Below, one piece after another: positions 1 through 13,757 of a stretch of 64,000 bases of DNA (within the stretch, counting starts at the first letter, position 1; every line of letters starts with the position of its first letter). The stretch covers positions 593,497 through 657,496 of the forward strand of contig JAWQFM010000031.1 of NCBI GenBank assembly GCA_033442325.1, read 5' to 3'. This DNA is from Salpingoeca rosetta. Its lineage: Eukaryota; Protista; Choanoflagellata. The position numbers and the translations under genes were made by a program. The notes under the pieces are model-generated. The model was not told where the DNA came from. It saw nothing but the letters and a program-made list of their open reading frames with translations, and ran no database searches.

Positions 1-767
1 GCATACGCAAATGAGTGCCAGACTTGGGTGCGTCAGTGTGTGCTTCTTGGTTGTTGTTCTTCTTGGCGGTTGTCATGTCACCTGCCTGCGGAGTGTGCTG
101 ATGCTGGGTTCATTGGCACGTGTTGAGGTCCTGCCCCCCTCCCCTTTCGTTGCTCGATGTCAGCGGTGAGCGTATCACTCACTGGCTCTATCCATTTCCA
201 AATGTGTTGTGTCGTTGTGCTGCGTTGACATGTGGGTTGGTGTAACTTGTAAGGTCTCTATGTGACTTGTCTCTATGTGACTTGTCTTAATGTAAACTTT
301 TTCCGTATTTAATGTGTGGCTACTTTCCTTCGTATCTCACTCAAGCAATCAATCAAAGCAATAGACAGCAACAGCACTTTGAGCAAGATCATAACAAGTG
401 ACAACAACCCAATGGCCACACACGTGTTGCGAGTCGCCATGGACTGAAAGGCGTTACACACCCTCCACTAGAGGTGCAAGCAATGTCGCACACCACCCAC
501 AACAACACCAGCACACGCTTGCACGCGTGCTTGCTCATACGTTTACATGCACAATGGGTGTTACGGGGACAGAGGAAATGAACAAGACGGGGGGGGGGCA
601 AAGCAAGGTCAACGAAGGAAGAAAGGCAAGACAAAAGCAAAGGAAACGAATGGGGAGAACAGGGAGGAGATGGAGAAGGAAGTGCAGGGATGGAATGGAC
701 AAGGATGGAAGGGGAACGCTCGTTTCAGGCATGCGTGATTGTGTGGCTACTGCACAAGTTGGCGCGC

Positions 768-1001
768 TTACGCGTTGATGCCCCTGACAATGTGGAAGCG
801 AAGGTCCTCGCTCATGGGGACGTACATGTAATCACGGTCGTGCGGGTCCCAGAACTCAAACTTCTCTGGTCGTGGCGTCTGGCCGGGGAACACGTGCACC
901 TGCAAGAAAAGCAGGGGGGCGTGGGAGGAGGGGGGAGGGCGAGAGGGGTGAGAGGAAGGAAGCGTGGAGATGTGTGTGATTGTGAATGCGTGAATGTGTG
1001 A

Positions 1002-1060
<59 letters not shown>

Positions 1061-2090
1061 GCGTTATGCATGACAAAATAGATGAGACAGCAGCGCACTT
1101 GAGCAATAGTAACCAATCGTCCCGCCACCACCATCACCATCATCACCACCACCACCACCACCACCACCACCACCACCACCACCACGATCGTTGCTGCCTC
1201 GCACCCGCTCAAAGACGAGTTCCCCTGCGCGAATGTCATCCGGCGCCGCGGCGATGAATTCGCGACGCACCGGATCGCGCTTGTACGCCTGGCAGTGGTG
1301 GTGGTGGTGTGGTTGATGTTGTTGTGAGAGGCGTGATGAGGGCAGTTGGGTGGCAGCAAGCAGGAACAGACGCAGTGAAACTGGAACTCAGGGTGTGGTA
1401 TGTAGTGTGGTGTGCCATGTCAATGTGCTGGGGCCTCACCAGGACATTGTCATACTCGTCGAGGTGATAGAGTGGATTTGAGCGACGAATGTCATCCAGC
1501 GCAAACGCTTCATCAAACTTGTCGCTGACCGCTGTCATATTGATGGTGGCGGTGGTGGTATGAGAGGAAAGCGTGGATCATGCTGACACATGCGTGCACT
1601 TGCAGTCAACTCTCACTTACTAAACCCTACATTGCACACAAACACAACACAACACACCACAACACAACACACACGGACGCAACACAACACAACACAACAC
1701 AACACAACAACACAGCACAACACAACACAACACAACACAACACAACACAACAACACAACACAACACAACACAACACAGACATACAACACACAACACACAA
1801 CACAACATCACTGCCATGACTCACCGCGCACGCCGTGCAGTTCCTCCGTGTCCTCCGCGCGGTCGTACGCGTGGTAGTCGGCGCCGTGGTGGCTGTGGTG
1901 CGGCTTGGTGTTGCGTGGAAGGTTGGGCGAGTCCTGGTGGTGCACGGCCGAGTGGGAATGGCGTTTGGGTGTCGGCTTCATCGTGTCCTCAACGTCGGAG
2001 ATGGAGCGAAGGCGATGCGGTGATTCGCTCTGTGGAACACAACGACCAAAATACGCGGCAGTGTACGTGTGTGTATGTGTGTGTGTGTGC

Positions 2091-2138
<48 letters not shown>

Positions 2139-2806
2139 AGTGCGGCGGTACGTAAGCGACAACGCGAACAACCTCACAGATGGCACTAAAAAGAAGGATA
2201 CACAAGCAGTTGCATGCATGCACAACGCATGCACAACAACAATAATACACACGCATGCACATGCACACCGCACCGTGTTTCTGAGGTTCTTGATGCTCTT
2301 TGCGAGCCCGCGCCCAAGTGTGTAATTCCCCACGTGCGAGCGAAGTGCCGCCATTCTGTTGCTGTCGGCAGCCTCGTCTGGTGTCGGCGAGTACGAAATC
2401 TGTGAACATGTGTGTTTGCGTGTGTGTGTGTGTGGTTGTGTGAGGTTGTGTTTGCGTGTGTGTGTTGGCGTTATCATTGTCGTTAGTGAGCGAGTGGGCT
2501 GATATGCAAGCACAGGTGTGTGTGTGTGTGTGTGTGTGGTGCTTGTGTGATTATGTGCAAACATTGTTCAAAGTTGTGAGCGTGCCTGCAAGCACTGCAT
2601 GCCGCCAACATGGTTGCGTCTTCCTCACCTTCGTCAGGCGGTCTGATGGCGGGTTGCGCGCACCGCCGGTTGGCGAGTGGAAGCTGACGATGACACGTCG
2701 ATGTGACAGCGGAGGGTTGAGATGAGCCATGTGAGTGAGTGGGTGGTTGTGTGTAGTTGTGTGTAGTTGTGTGTAGTTGTGTGTAGTTGTGTGTGTGAGT
2801 GAGTGA

Positions 2807-2849
<43 letters not shown>

Positions 2850-3339
2850 TGTGTGTGTGTGTGTGTGTGGGAGTGAGCCAGTGTGTGTGAGGGAGTGAGT
2901 GAGGGAGTGATAGTGAGTGTGTGTGTATGTGTAGTTGTGTGAGAGAGTGAGTGAGTGTGAGTGAGTGAGTGAAACCATGTGAGTGTGTGGAGATGTGTGC
3001 TTCTTGTTCACTGTCCAATCCATGACCACATCATCACATTGTTATCATCTTCCATGCCAGCGCACGTGCTGTCCTCACCTCTGCTCGATGGCGCGGCGGG
3101 ACTGGTGGAACGACTCGTGCGATCCGTCGCCGTTGTCGTCATCGCCACCAGAAAGATTCATGATGATGCCTGCAGGCACGCGTTGCAGGGGCAGGGGAGG
3201 GGAGGAGGGAAGGGGAAATTGGGAGTCGTGAGAGGGGAGGCGGGGTGTCGCGGGATGTAGGGAGGGATGGGGTGAAAATGATGGGAATGGATGCAACAGC
3301 CAGAGGGCACACACACTTCAAATGGCGCACACAAACATC

Positions 3340-3419
<80 letters not shown>

Positions 3420-4418
3420 GAACAAACTGGTTGCAGGCACACGCGGTGCAACGAACTTTTTCGCGGGTTGAAGACGCCTGCGCGTGTTTCAGATCGGCTG
3501 TACGCGCGATGGAGCTCTGATGCGATGGAGGGAAAAGGGGGCGGAGGGGAGGGGAGAATGATGTTGGGAGGAGGAAAACCGCGCCGGGGGGGGGGGTGTG
3601 AGGTGCGTGCAGCGAGGAGTATGAGCACAAGTGGAAGGCGTGCCGGTCAAGACGTGCGAATGGGAGAAAGGAAGCAAGGAAGAAAGGGGGACAGGAAGAA
3701 AGGGAGACAGGAAGAAAGGAAGAAAGGGAGACAGAAGGCAGAGAGACAGACACACAGACACACACAGACACACAGACACAGACACACACAGACACACACA
3801 GACACACACAGACACACAGACACACACAGACACAGACACACACAGACACACAGACACACAAACACACAGACACACACACACAGACACACACACACACAGA
3901 CACAGACACACACACACACACACACACACAGACACACACACACACACACAGACACACACACACACACAGACACACACACACACACACACACAAAACACAC
4001 CGACGAGGGACGCGAGGAGGTCCTCAAAGTCTGGGCGGGAGTTTGGACCCATGTGCCAGCACTGGCGCATGATGACATACAGGCTGTCCGGGCAACCGTT
4101 GGGCTTGTCCATGCGCGTGCCAAGCATGATCTGAAGAGCGTTGGAGAGGGTGTAGAGAGTGGTGATGAGATGGAGGTGTGAGCGCGTGGGCGTCTTGAGG
4201 AGAGGGGCAGGGAGGGCAATGTATCGGCGTGTCGCATGTAGAGACACATACACACACANNNNNNNNNNNNNNNNNNNNNNNNNNNNNNNNNNNNNNNNNN
4301 NNNNNNNNNNNNNNNNNNNNNNNNNNNNNNNNNNNNNNNNNNNNNNNNNNNNNNNNNNNNNNNNNNNNNNNNNNNNNNNNNNNNNNNNNNNNNNNNNNNN
4401 NNNNNNNNNNNNNNNNNG

Positions 4419-4452
<34 letters not shown>

Positions 4453-7123
4453 GTGTGTGTGTGTGTGGTGTGTGCGTGTGTGTATGTGTGTGTGTGTGTG
4501 TGTAGGGTGTGTGTGTAGGTGTGGGTGTATGTGTGTGTGTGTGTGTGGGTGTATGTGTAAGGAATCATGTGAACCTGCAACACGAACACACTATAGAACA
4601 CCACAGCACGACGTACCTTCGGCCTTGCCGACGACCCAGTGCGCCGAATCAAACCCGGCCACCTTTGCATTCAGGTCGCCATCCACGAGGCAGTTCCTGT
4701 CGCGAGGAGGGGGGAAGGGGCGAAGGGACAGGAGGGTGGTGGTGGTGGTGGTGGTGGTGGTGGTGGTGGTGGTGGTGGAGATGAAGGAGGTGAGGGTTGG
4801 AGGGGGGGGGGGCGGAGGAGGAGGAGGACTTGGAGTGATCAAGGGACTATCTTTATCTTCAAACCATGACATACATACATACACGTGGACACATACACAA
4901 TCATACACACGCATACATGCATACACACACAAGAGTTGACCCACACACCCAACGCACACGCATACATGCATACACACGCGTGCATACACATACATACAAA
5001 TACATACACATACATACACATACACACAAAAGAGTTGACCCACACACCCAACGCACACCTCACGGTGGTGCAATGCGTACTTTGCGGCGAGGTATCTGTG
5101 CACGAAACCCTGGTTTGAGAGGAAGGCCATTCCACGGGCAATGTCGGCCAGCAGTTTGATGCGCTCAGAGAGAAGCAGCGTCTGTGCACTGGGGCGCGCT
5201 GTGGTGGTGCGGTGTGTTGATTGTGTGTGTGTGTGTGTGTGTGTGTTCGTGTGTGTACATGTGTGTATGTGTGGTGTGTGTGTTGTGGTTTTGCGTGTGA
5301 GTAACTGGTCGTGTTGCGGTTGTAAAAAACAGAGAAACACGTGCTTTCATCCTATCCACTCTTCAACACAAGCACGACACATCACGCCACACCACACAAC
5401 ACCGCACGTACAGTCTGCGGCCTTTGCTTTGAGCAACACTTCCTGGAAGGATCCACACTCGCACAGTTCCGTGATGATCATAAACGGATGCGTGTTGGTC
5501 ACGACGCCAAACAGCTTCAGCACCTGTGCAGTGTGTTGTGTGCGTTGCGTGAGCGTGTTCGTGTTATGGGTGTGTGTTGTGTGCGTTTTGTGTGTGTTGT
5601 AAATGTGTTTGTGTTGTTGTTGAGAACCATTGTTCATGTCACCTGCACAGCACGCGTCAGCTGCACACGGCTCTTCATTCACGCATTGTCGCATTCATGT
5701 GCACACACTCTCATAAGCAGCACGCATCTCTTCCTCTGCTTACGTTGATGTGTTCTGGGAATGCAAACGTGTGCATGGTGTATGCGGCCTCGAAGAAGTC
5801 GGCGTGCTCGGTCGTGTTCTCGGTTGCATTCAGCACCTTGATGGCAACCTGCGCGCAGGGAATGGGAAGCGGGAGGGGGTAATTGGTGAGGGGTGGAGGC
5901 GTGTGGAGGTGTTTGTAATCAAAAGCCTTGCAGATAATGCAATGGCACGTACAAATCTGAACATAAAACGAGTAGAAAGGGAGTACAAGATGCACACACA
6001 CACACAGACGCACAGACGAGCACACACACAAGCACACACACACACACACGCACACACACACACACAGACGCACACACACACACACACACACGCGCGCGCG
6101 CACAAAAGGGCACACACAAGCGCGCGCACACACACAGACGCACACGGAATGCCACAACTCACGTCAACGGTGCCCCTGTCCTTGAGGTGGCGTGCTGTTC
6201 CGGCGTACACGCGGCCGTAACGCCCCCGTCCAATCTCCTGTCGCACAACGAGCGCCGATGGCGGCAGCTCCCACTCGAACAGCGGATGGTTCGGAGTGGT
6301 GTTGGGGCCCGAGCTGAAGATGGACATGCGTGATGCACGATGCTTCTTGGAATTGAACGTCATCTTCGCCTCTGGTGGTGGTGGTCGTGGTGAGAGAGAA
6401 GCGGGGGTGGGTTGTTGGTGATGGGTGTTGGTGAAGGATGGTGTGTGTGGTTGTGATGAAGGTTGTTGTTGTTGTTCGTGTTGTTGGTATGGTTGAGTGT
6501 GGAAGGATGTTGTTGGTGGTGTTGTTGGTGTTGTTGGTGTTGTTGAGTGTGATTAAGGTGGTGATGAAGGTGGTGATGAAGGTAAGGAGCAACTGAAAGA
6601 TACGAGAAACAAGCTCCGTATCCAAGGACGCATTCAAGCACGCGTGCGTGCAAGCACTTGTGTTTGTCGTACTCTCTTGGCGTCTGCGGCGGGTGGCGTG
6701 CGAGAAGCCGGCAACAGCGAGCGTGGCGCCAGCAAAGATGACTGTGTCACGTGGAACGGGCAGTGAGGCGACGGTGAATGCAGAGAGGGAGGCACGTGCA
6801 TCACAACATGGGTTGGGCCAAGGTCGATGTAGGAAGAAGCATTTCACGCGTCACGCACATACACGCACTTGGGTGTAGCTCACAACTGCACAAACACGCA
6901 CACACACAGCAGGTGCGACTCACAGAAGAGTACGATGAGAGCAATGCCATCGGTGGTGCTGGTGAAGCGGACAAACACGTGCATGTTGCCTGAGCCAGGG
7001 ATGTCGTTTTGCACTGCCGGGGTTTGGAAGGGGGTAAGAGAGGGGTGAGCATGTTGAAGGTGTTGGAAATACGGTCGTGTCATTCAAGCACACAACCCAC
7101 ACACACAACCGACACACACAACC

Positions 7124-7164
<41 letters not shown>

Positions 7165-8090
7165 CAACACAAACACAAACACAAAACACAAAACACAAAA
7201 CACACCAAAAAGGCCCCTCTTGTGCTCTTACGCTTGATGTATTCGAGGCGCAGGTGCGGCCTTCGCCCGACGTCGTTGACAAATGTGTGCGGGAGCGGTG
7301 TTGGTCTTGGCGGTGGCGGCAATTGGATCACAAACACAATTGGATCCTCCTTCTCCCACGATGGCGTGTCCACCATTGTTTGCACCAGCCTACGGGTTGG
7401 CCCGGGGGGGGGGGGGGGGAGAAGAGTCATGGGTGAGGGTGGTGGTATCACGGTTGTTGTTGTTGTTGTTGTTGTTGGGTGGGGTGGGGCGCTGTGCACG
7501 CAGACGCAACGTAACGCTGCGCACAAACCAAATCATGAACTCAGAAGCGTGCACACAGGCACACAGACATGCAACAAAGATATAGACAACACACACACAC
7601 ACACACAACACCAACACGCTCTCACACGCTCATGCACACGTTGGAGCCAACCAACAAACGCATAACGCACTGGAAGAGCTGGGATGTGCGTTCGGTCTGC
7701 CAGTCCTCCCACTCGCCAATGGACCATTCTGACACTTGAGGCAGCAGCGCTGAGCACGTCAGTTGTGTTGCAAGTGACGGGAGTGCAGTCAGTATTGAAT
7801 GGACGTGAGCGAGAATGCAACAATGCACGGCACTCACAGGCGCAGCATTCAGTTACAATGGAAGCATCAGTTGCAGTAGCAGCAAGAAGCGTTCGCATGT
7901 AACAAGGCCGCACCTCTGCCTGTGATGTCGTTGTCTGCAGTTGTGAGGAGTGTTGCGTTTGTCGGCGTGGTGGTCTGGATCCACACCGTCGTCTCGTTTG
8001 TCGCGTTGCCAGACATCTCCGCTGTTGATGTGTGTGTGTGTACGTGTGTGTGTGTGTGTGTGAGTGTGTGTGTATGGGTGTGTGTGTGTG

Positions 8091-8134
<44 letters not shown>

Positions 8135-8702
8135 AGCGTGAAGACGTCGTGTATGGCGCCAGGAATGCGACAGCTTCAGTCACATCCATGCACTGACTTG
8201 GAAAGAGGAGGCGACAGTTGGTGACATGTGCGTTGGGCGGCAGTGGGATGCGGGGGAACCTGGCACCAAAGCAGCAAGCAAGTGAGCAAGCGCGTGTGAG
8301 AGCGAAGCAGGTGAGGTGGTGACAGCTGTGTTGAGCAAAGGCGAGCAAACGATTGGCATACATGCACGACTGATCACAGCAAACCATCTCCTCTGGGCCC
8401 TCACAAACAACCACACCTGAGAGCAACGGTGACTTCTTGATTTGCGTTGTTAATGGGAAATGACACGTTACCGACGGCCCCGTGCACCTTGCCCGTCTCC
8501 AGTTCATATGATACCGCTGGCTGGTACACGTTGAACGAGTTGTACCCTGCGTGTTGTGCGTTGCGCGACATTGGTGAGCACAAAACGCGGTGCAGGTGTT
8601 GAGAGGGCGCTGAAATTCTCGCACAGTGCGCTGTAGCGGCTCACCTGCGTGTGCGACGCTGCATAGCGCGCAGAGCGCAAGCAGCCGAAAGACAATCCTC
8701 AT
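768..8702 (-). CDS. Single-pass receptor tyrosine kinase-like protein, probable pseudokinase, multi-exon, with long Tyr-motif C-terminal tail
   Basis: Signal peptide [19 protein letters not shown] starts at 8702. TM is assembled across an intron: GIALIVLF|[21 protein letters not shown] (~6950-6680). Kinase exons: [13 protein letters not shown] (~6240-6200), VAIKVL (~5845), KLFGVVT...[33 protein letters not shown]|[48 protein letters not shown] (~4130-4000). Downstream exons (3170-3078, 2663-2629, 2400-2274, 2030-1825, 1531-1440, 1288-1205, 899-768) join in compatible phase to the stop at 768. Subdomains VIII-IX probably lie in the 4259-4417 gap. Ectodomain exon boundaries are approximate. Confidence 0.85.
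4259..4417. other. Assembly gap
   Basis: N run flanked by CA/GT repeats; probably hides kinase exons. Confidence 0.99.
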
Positions 8703-9833
8703 CGTGTACGATCCTTTCTGTGTGCGTATGCGTGAGCGGAATCACTAAATGTGCTGCACTCTGGACAGCGTGGATGTGTGAATGTGGATGTGTGTGTGTG
8801 TGTGCGAGTGAGTGAGTGTATGAGACAAGCGCTGCTTGGCTTGGTTTGGCTGGTTGGCTGGCTGGCAGGCAATTGACTTGTGTCATCAGCATACACGCAC
8901 ACACACACACATGGGCTCGATTAGCTGTGCTGCCTCACCGGTAGATACAAGCAAGCAGCAAAGGGCAGTGTCGAAAACTCGCTTTCTTGCTCTCCGACTC
9001 TCCTCCTGTTCTCCGACTCTTCTCTTCTTGTCTCTCACGCACAACACGCACCAGGCGTTGAAGGCATGCGAAAACTTCTTCCACAAGCTCGCTTGCTTGC
9101 TTTGGTTGTGTTGTGTTGGTTTTGAGGCGGTCGCATTCCAACCTCCCAGGGTTGATGGGAGGCATTGTCAGGCAACCCGCGCCCTCGCATCGCAACACCG
9201 CCGCACGCCATCACCGTCGCCACACGCACGCAAACCAGCCGCTTCGCTGCCCCGTACGGTGCCGTATGCGTTTGGTGTGTCAGCACCATAGAAAACAGCA
9301 CAAGCAGTAGTAAAACATCCAACAAATTGTGTGTGGGCAAACCCGATTTTGCCGCTTACATTGTTGTTGGCAAACAAATTCAAAAACGCTTCGCTTTCTT
9401 CGCTTCTCGCTGTTTTTGTTTTGGTTGGTTGGTTGGCGAAGAAGGAACAAGGGTGGCGATGATGATGGTGATGATGGCACGCACCCGTGTGCTAGCGTGT
9501 GTGTGGGTTTGGTTGCGTGTTGGTGACATGACATGAGGCATGGGGAGGCCGCGTTGCGCTTTGAGAATAGAAACAGATTGTGTATGAACAGAGCGTGCGC
9601 TGACGCATCCTCCTCTGCAGTTTGTCTTTCAATTCATATCACCCACTCACACATGCTCTTTCCTTTGCTTGTTTGCTTGTTTGCTTGTTTGCTTGTTTGC
9701 TTGTTTGATGTGAACAATCCCATTCAGATTCCACCAAGCAAAGCAACTGCCGTGTCGTTGTGCAGTTTGTTTGTTTGTTTGTTTGTTTTGTCTGGTGTGA
9801 CATACAAGCACATCGACTTGGTGCAGCTACACA

Positions 9834-10487
9834 ATGGAGGTGAGCTGCCAGGGTGGTGTTGTGGTGGTGTTGCGTTTGAAGCTTGGGGTGGTGATAACAC
9901 CGGCAGTCAAGGTTTGGTACTTGTGCTCATCTTACCGACCCGCTCACGAACATTGACGCAACCGTGCACAACACATGTGCAGCGTTCGTCGGCAACACCA
10001 GATGCAAAGCAGCCGCTGCGCGCATCCTTCTTGGAAAACTGTGAGTGTGTTTGGTGGTGTGTCGGGTGTGAAGCGTGCGTCTCGCGCACCGATACTGTTT
10101 CATCCATCGTCATCGTGATCTGTGCGGATTCTGTCGCTTCTCACCGCGTGCATGTGTGTGCGCTGCAGCTCCAAGACGGAAGCGCCAGCTGCCAGAGCCT
10201 GCAGCAGGATGCGGCATGCGGCGTGCGCAGTCGCTCTCCTTCCTTCCAGGATCAGGCGCGCAGGTGCGTGTGGGGGTGTGGGGGTGGGGAAGGGGGAAGT
10301 GCGAATGTAGAGGGCGAGAATGGGGACTGTGGTGTGCACTTGTGAAAGTTGGAAGAGTTGGAAGAGGTACGTGAGTGGCAGTCGATGGGCGCGTGTGTAA
10401 CAACGGCCTTTAACTTGCTGCGTGTCTCTCTCGTGCAACAGGGGTCACGGAGAAGATTGCCAGATCCAGGCCAGGGCCGTCTCATTC

Positions 10488-10563
<76 letters not shown>

Positions 10564-11294
10564 TTGTGTACCGTTGAACCAGTGTGCGTGTCAGCAGCGT
10601 CATGACGTTACCAACCACATGCGTATGTGTGCAGCACATTGCGGCAAAGCTGAAGGAGGAGTCGCTCGTCAGATTAAAGGTGAGGTGCAGCTCTAGGTTG
10701 TGTGTGTGTGTTGAAAGGGGAGGAGGGATGGGTGAAAGGAGAGGTAGTAGTAGCTCGGGAGGCTGGGGAGGGTTGACAACGCAGTGAAGTGTGTTCCTCA
10801 CACAGAGCACACGCGCGCACGCACACTGTCACGTCTCTGCTAACCTCCATACGCCCGCCCCCTCGCGTGCCACTTCCCTCCTGCTGGACAGGTTGCGAAA
10901 GAGCTGAAGGAGGAGAAACGGCTGCGGTGGCGGACGGAGGACGAGCTGGTGGCGACGCAGAAGGAAGTTGCCCGGCTCACACACCTCCTCAACGCAAAGA
11001 CAGAGGAGGTGCGCTTGAAGCGTTTGGGGACGTAGGGGAGCGGAGAGGAGAGGGAGGGGTGAAGATGGAGGGGAAGGGCGTTGGGTTAGCGTTGTCGTGT
11101 TGGTTGCTGTTGTTGCTGTTGGTTGATTGACTTGACAAAGCAAGGGCCCTCATGCCATCTTCCACCACGTGCCCCAAATGGCCAGGCGTCGGCGTTGTCG
11201 CGTGACCTGGCCGAGGCGCGGCGGCTGCACGACACGACTGCCGACCGTCTTGCCGAGATGGAGAAGCAGCAGCACGCCATCAACGCACAGCGCC

Positions 11295-11333
<39 letters not shown>

Positions 11334-11952
11334 GGAGGGGGGGAGGGTGGCTTGTTTCAGAGGCGTGGTGGTCGGGATGTGATGGTGCTGCTCACCTTTG
11401 TACACGCATGTACGTGTGCAGCGGCTGGCAGCGGACCAGCGGCACCATCAGGAGCAGGAGGCTGCGCTCGAGCAGGTGAGGTGACGCAGAGGGGTGGTGG
11501 TGGTGGTGGTGGTACTTTGTGGCGGTGGTGGCCACGTGTCTGTAACTCAAACCGAAAGAGGCACTTGTTCTTCACACACACATACACACATACACACACG
11601 CACATACACACACATACACACATACACGCAACACACACACACATACACACACACAACACAACACAACACATCAACCCCCTTCCTCCCCTTCCCCTTGCCT
11701 GTGGTGCTATCTCTGTGCAGGCGTATGAGGAGCTTGATGCGGAGCGGCGGGAGACGGCGCGGCTGCGCTGCAAATACGACGCCCTCATATCCGCCATCGA
11801 CGACTTCCAGCCAGGCGCAAGCAAGGTGCGGTGCGGTGTGTTGGGATGGGCGGTGCGAGGAAATGGGGTTTGTCGAGGGGTGTATGCTTTGTGTTTGTGT
11901 CTGTGTTTTTGGGGGTGTTTCAGCGTGCGCGTGCTCACACGTCCATTCATGT

Positions 11953-11989
<37 letters not shown>

Positions 11990-12127
11990 CACAAACACAC
12001 ACACAAACACACAAACACACATGCACTCCCGTTTCTTCGTTCTTTGCCACAGGTGCTGCTTGAGAAAGTTGCGGAACAGGAGGTGTCACAGGCGAAAGCG
12101 CGAACGTTCAGTGCCGTCGACATTTGA
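9834..12127 (+). CDS. Small coiled-coil protein of unknown function (~10 exons)
   Basis: Phase-consistent exon chain: ME| RSSATPDAKQPLRASFLEN| SPRRKRQLPE...GAQ| GSRRRLPDPGQGRLIQ| HIAAKLKEESLVRLK| VAKELKEEKRLRWRTEDELVATQKEVARLTHLLNAKTEE| ASALSRDLAEARR...| RLAADQRHHQEQEAALEQ| AYEELDAERRETARLRCKYDAL...| VLLEKVAEQEVSQAKARTFSAVDI*. Heptad-like E/K/R/L composition. The start codon (6-nt first coding exon) is tentative. Confidence 0.7.
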
Positions 12128-12612
12128 TGCAAGTGTGATGGTGGTCACTGGCATACCTACGCAACAAAGTGTTCATTCTTGTCGTTGGTCTGCACTCGGC
12201 AGGTCACGCGCCACCATTGTCACATGCACTTCACTCTTCTCTTAATCAAATCCACATTACCTGGTTTTCATTGTCCGTTTCTCCCCCTTTATCCATTCCC
12301 GCCTGCTGTTGTCGATGTGGTCAACAGCACTTTCGACACACACACACACACACACGTTGTTCCGCTGTGCATACGCATGTACACTCTCTCAAGCCCTGCT
12401 TCTCTTGTGTTCACTTGGCCACGTGTATGCATCTGCGTTTTGTTGCCGGTGTTGATGATGGACGGACTGTGCATGGATTCAATTCGCGAGTTGTTGAGGT
12501 TTTGTTTACCTTTTGTCAATAAACGCACTTGTGTTTGAAGACAGCCAGCCAGAGACGCGAGGGTGTGTGTGTGTGTGTGTGTGTGTGTGAGTGTGTGTGT
12601 GTATGTGCGTGC

Positions 12613-12664
<52 letters not shown>

Positions 12665-12837
12665 CAGCAGTAAAAGAGGAAGGGACAGCAGAGCAGGGGA
12701 GGAGTACGAAGCAGGAGCAGGGTACGTGCGAGAAGACGCGTCTAGCAAGGGCGCGTGTATGTACAGCGGCGATGGTGTTGAGGTTGTTATGGACAGATGG
12801 AAAGGGATGTGGTTGAAGGGATGTGTGGAGCGGCGTT

Positions 12838-13140
12838 TCATCTCTCCTCCAGCGCTACAGAGTCGCGCTTCAACACCTGCAGCAGCGATTGGCTGCTGTC
12901 AAGGATCTGTTGAGGGAGGTGGATGGGAAGAGGGAGGCGGAAGGAGTGAGAAGGGGGGAGAAAGGGGAGGGAGGGCGAGGAGGGAGGTGCACGTGTGACT
13001 GCAAACACACACAGCCACACACACACACACACACACACGTACACACACAGCCACGCACACACACGTACGCACGCACACACACACAGCCACACACACACAC
13101 ACACGAACACACACACGCGCGCGCGCACACACACACACAC

Positions 13141-13172
<32 letters not shown>

Positions 13173-13618
13173 CAACGCACCTTCATGTATGCGCTCTCTG
13201 TCTCTGAGATGGTGCGGTCATATTCGTTGCGGATGGAAATCTTCTTGTTGAGGGACTCGGTCACCCGCGCCAGGCGCTCCGTCAGGATATGCAGGTCATT
13301 CTGGATCTTCAGCTTCTCCTCCTCCTCAGCAAGAATCTGCGTGTGCACCTCCTCCCGCTTCTTCTTCAAGTCTTCCAAGCCTGAGATGGGGTGGAGGGGG
13401 TGGGGGGATGTAAGTGAGGGTGAGTGGGGGAATGCAAGTGAGGGTGAGTGAGTTCACAGCGGATTTCACCCGCAGACGCACACACACAGACACGAACAAA
13501 GACACAGAATAGAACAGACACACACATATCAAGCTCATACACACATCACCACTGCACTCAGCGCACATTTGACAAGCTCGTTGTTGTAGCTCTGCAGCGT
13601 CGCGCCTTGCTGCGCCAT
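12838..13618 (-). CDS. SSNA1: SSNA1/NA14/DIP13 microtubule and basal-body coiled-coil protein
   Basis: Three exons give [106 protein letters not shown], closely matching the SSNA1 family ([22 protein letters not shown]...[24 protein letters not shown]). Confidence 0.95.
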
Positions 13619-13746
13619 CCTTCGTTGTTGTTGTTGTTGTTTGGGCGGTTTGGGCGCTGGAAACGTGAAGTGCAACTCGTGGTGTCGGGTGCGGGGTTGT
13701 GATGAGTCAGAGCAGAGTGGCTTCTTTTGTTTGGGTTTGTTTGGTT

Positions 13747-13757
13747 GTTGCCAGCAC
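13747..13757. promoter_or_regulatory. Putative RFX X-box half-site (GTTGCCA) ~130 bp upstream of SSNA1
   Basis: GTTGCCAGCAC lies upstream of a ciliary/basal-body gene, and RFX controls ciliary genes in holozoans. The motif is short and could occur by chance. Confidence 0.35.

Noticed and set aside
9533-10345. 270-aa plus-strand ORF
   Set aside because: Reads through promoter and intron sequence; only short parts are exonic, some in other frames.
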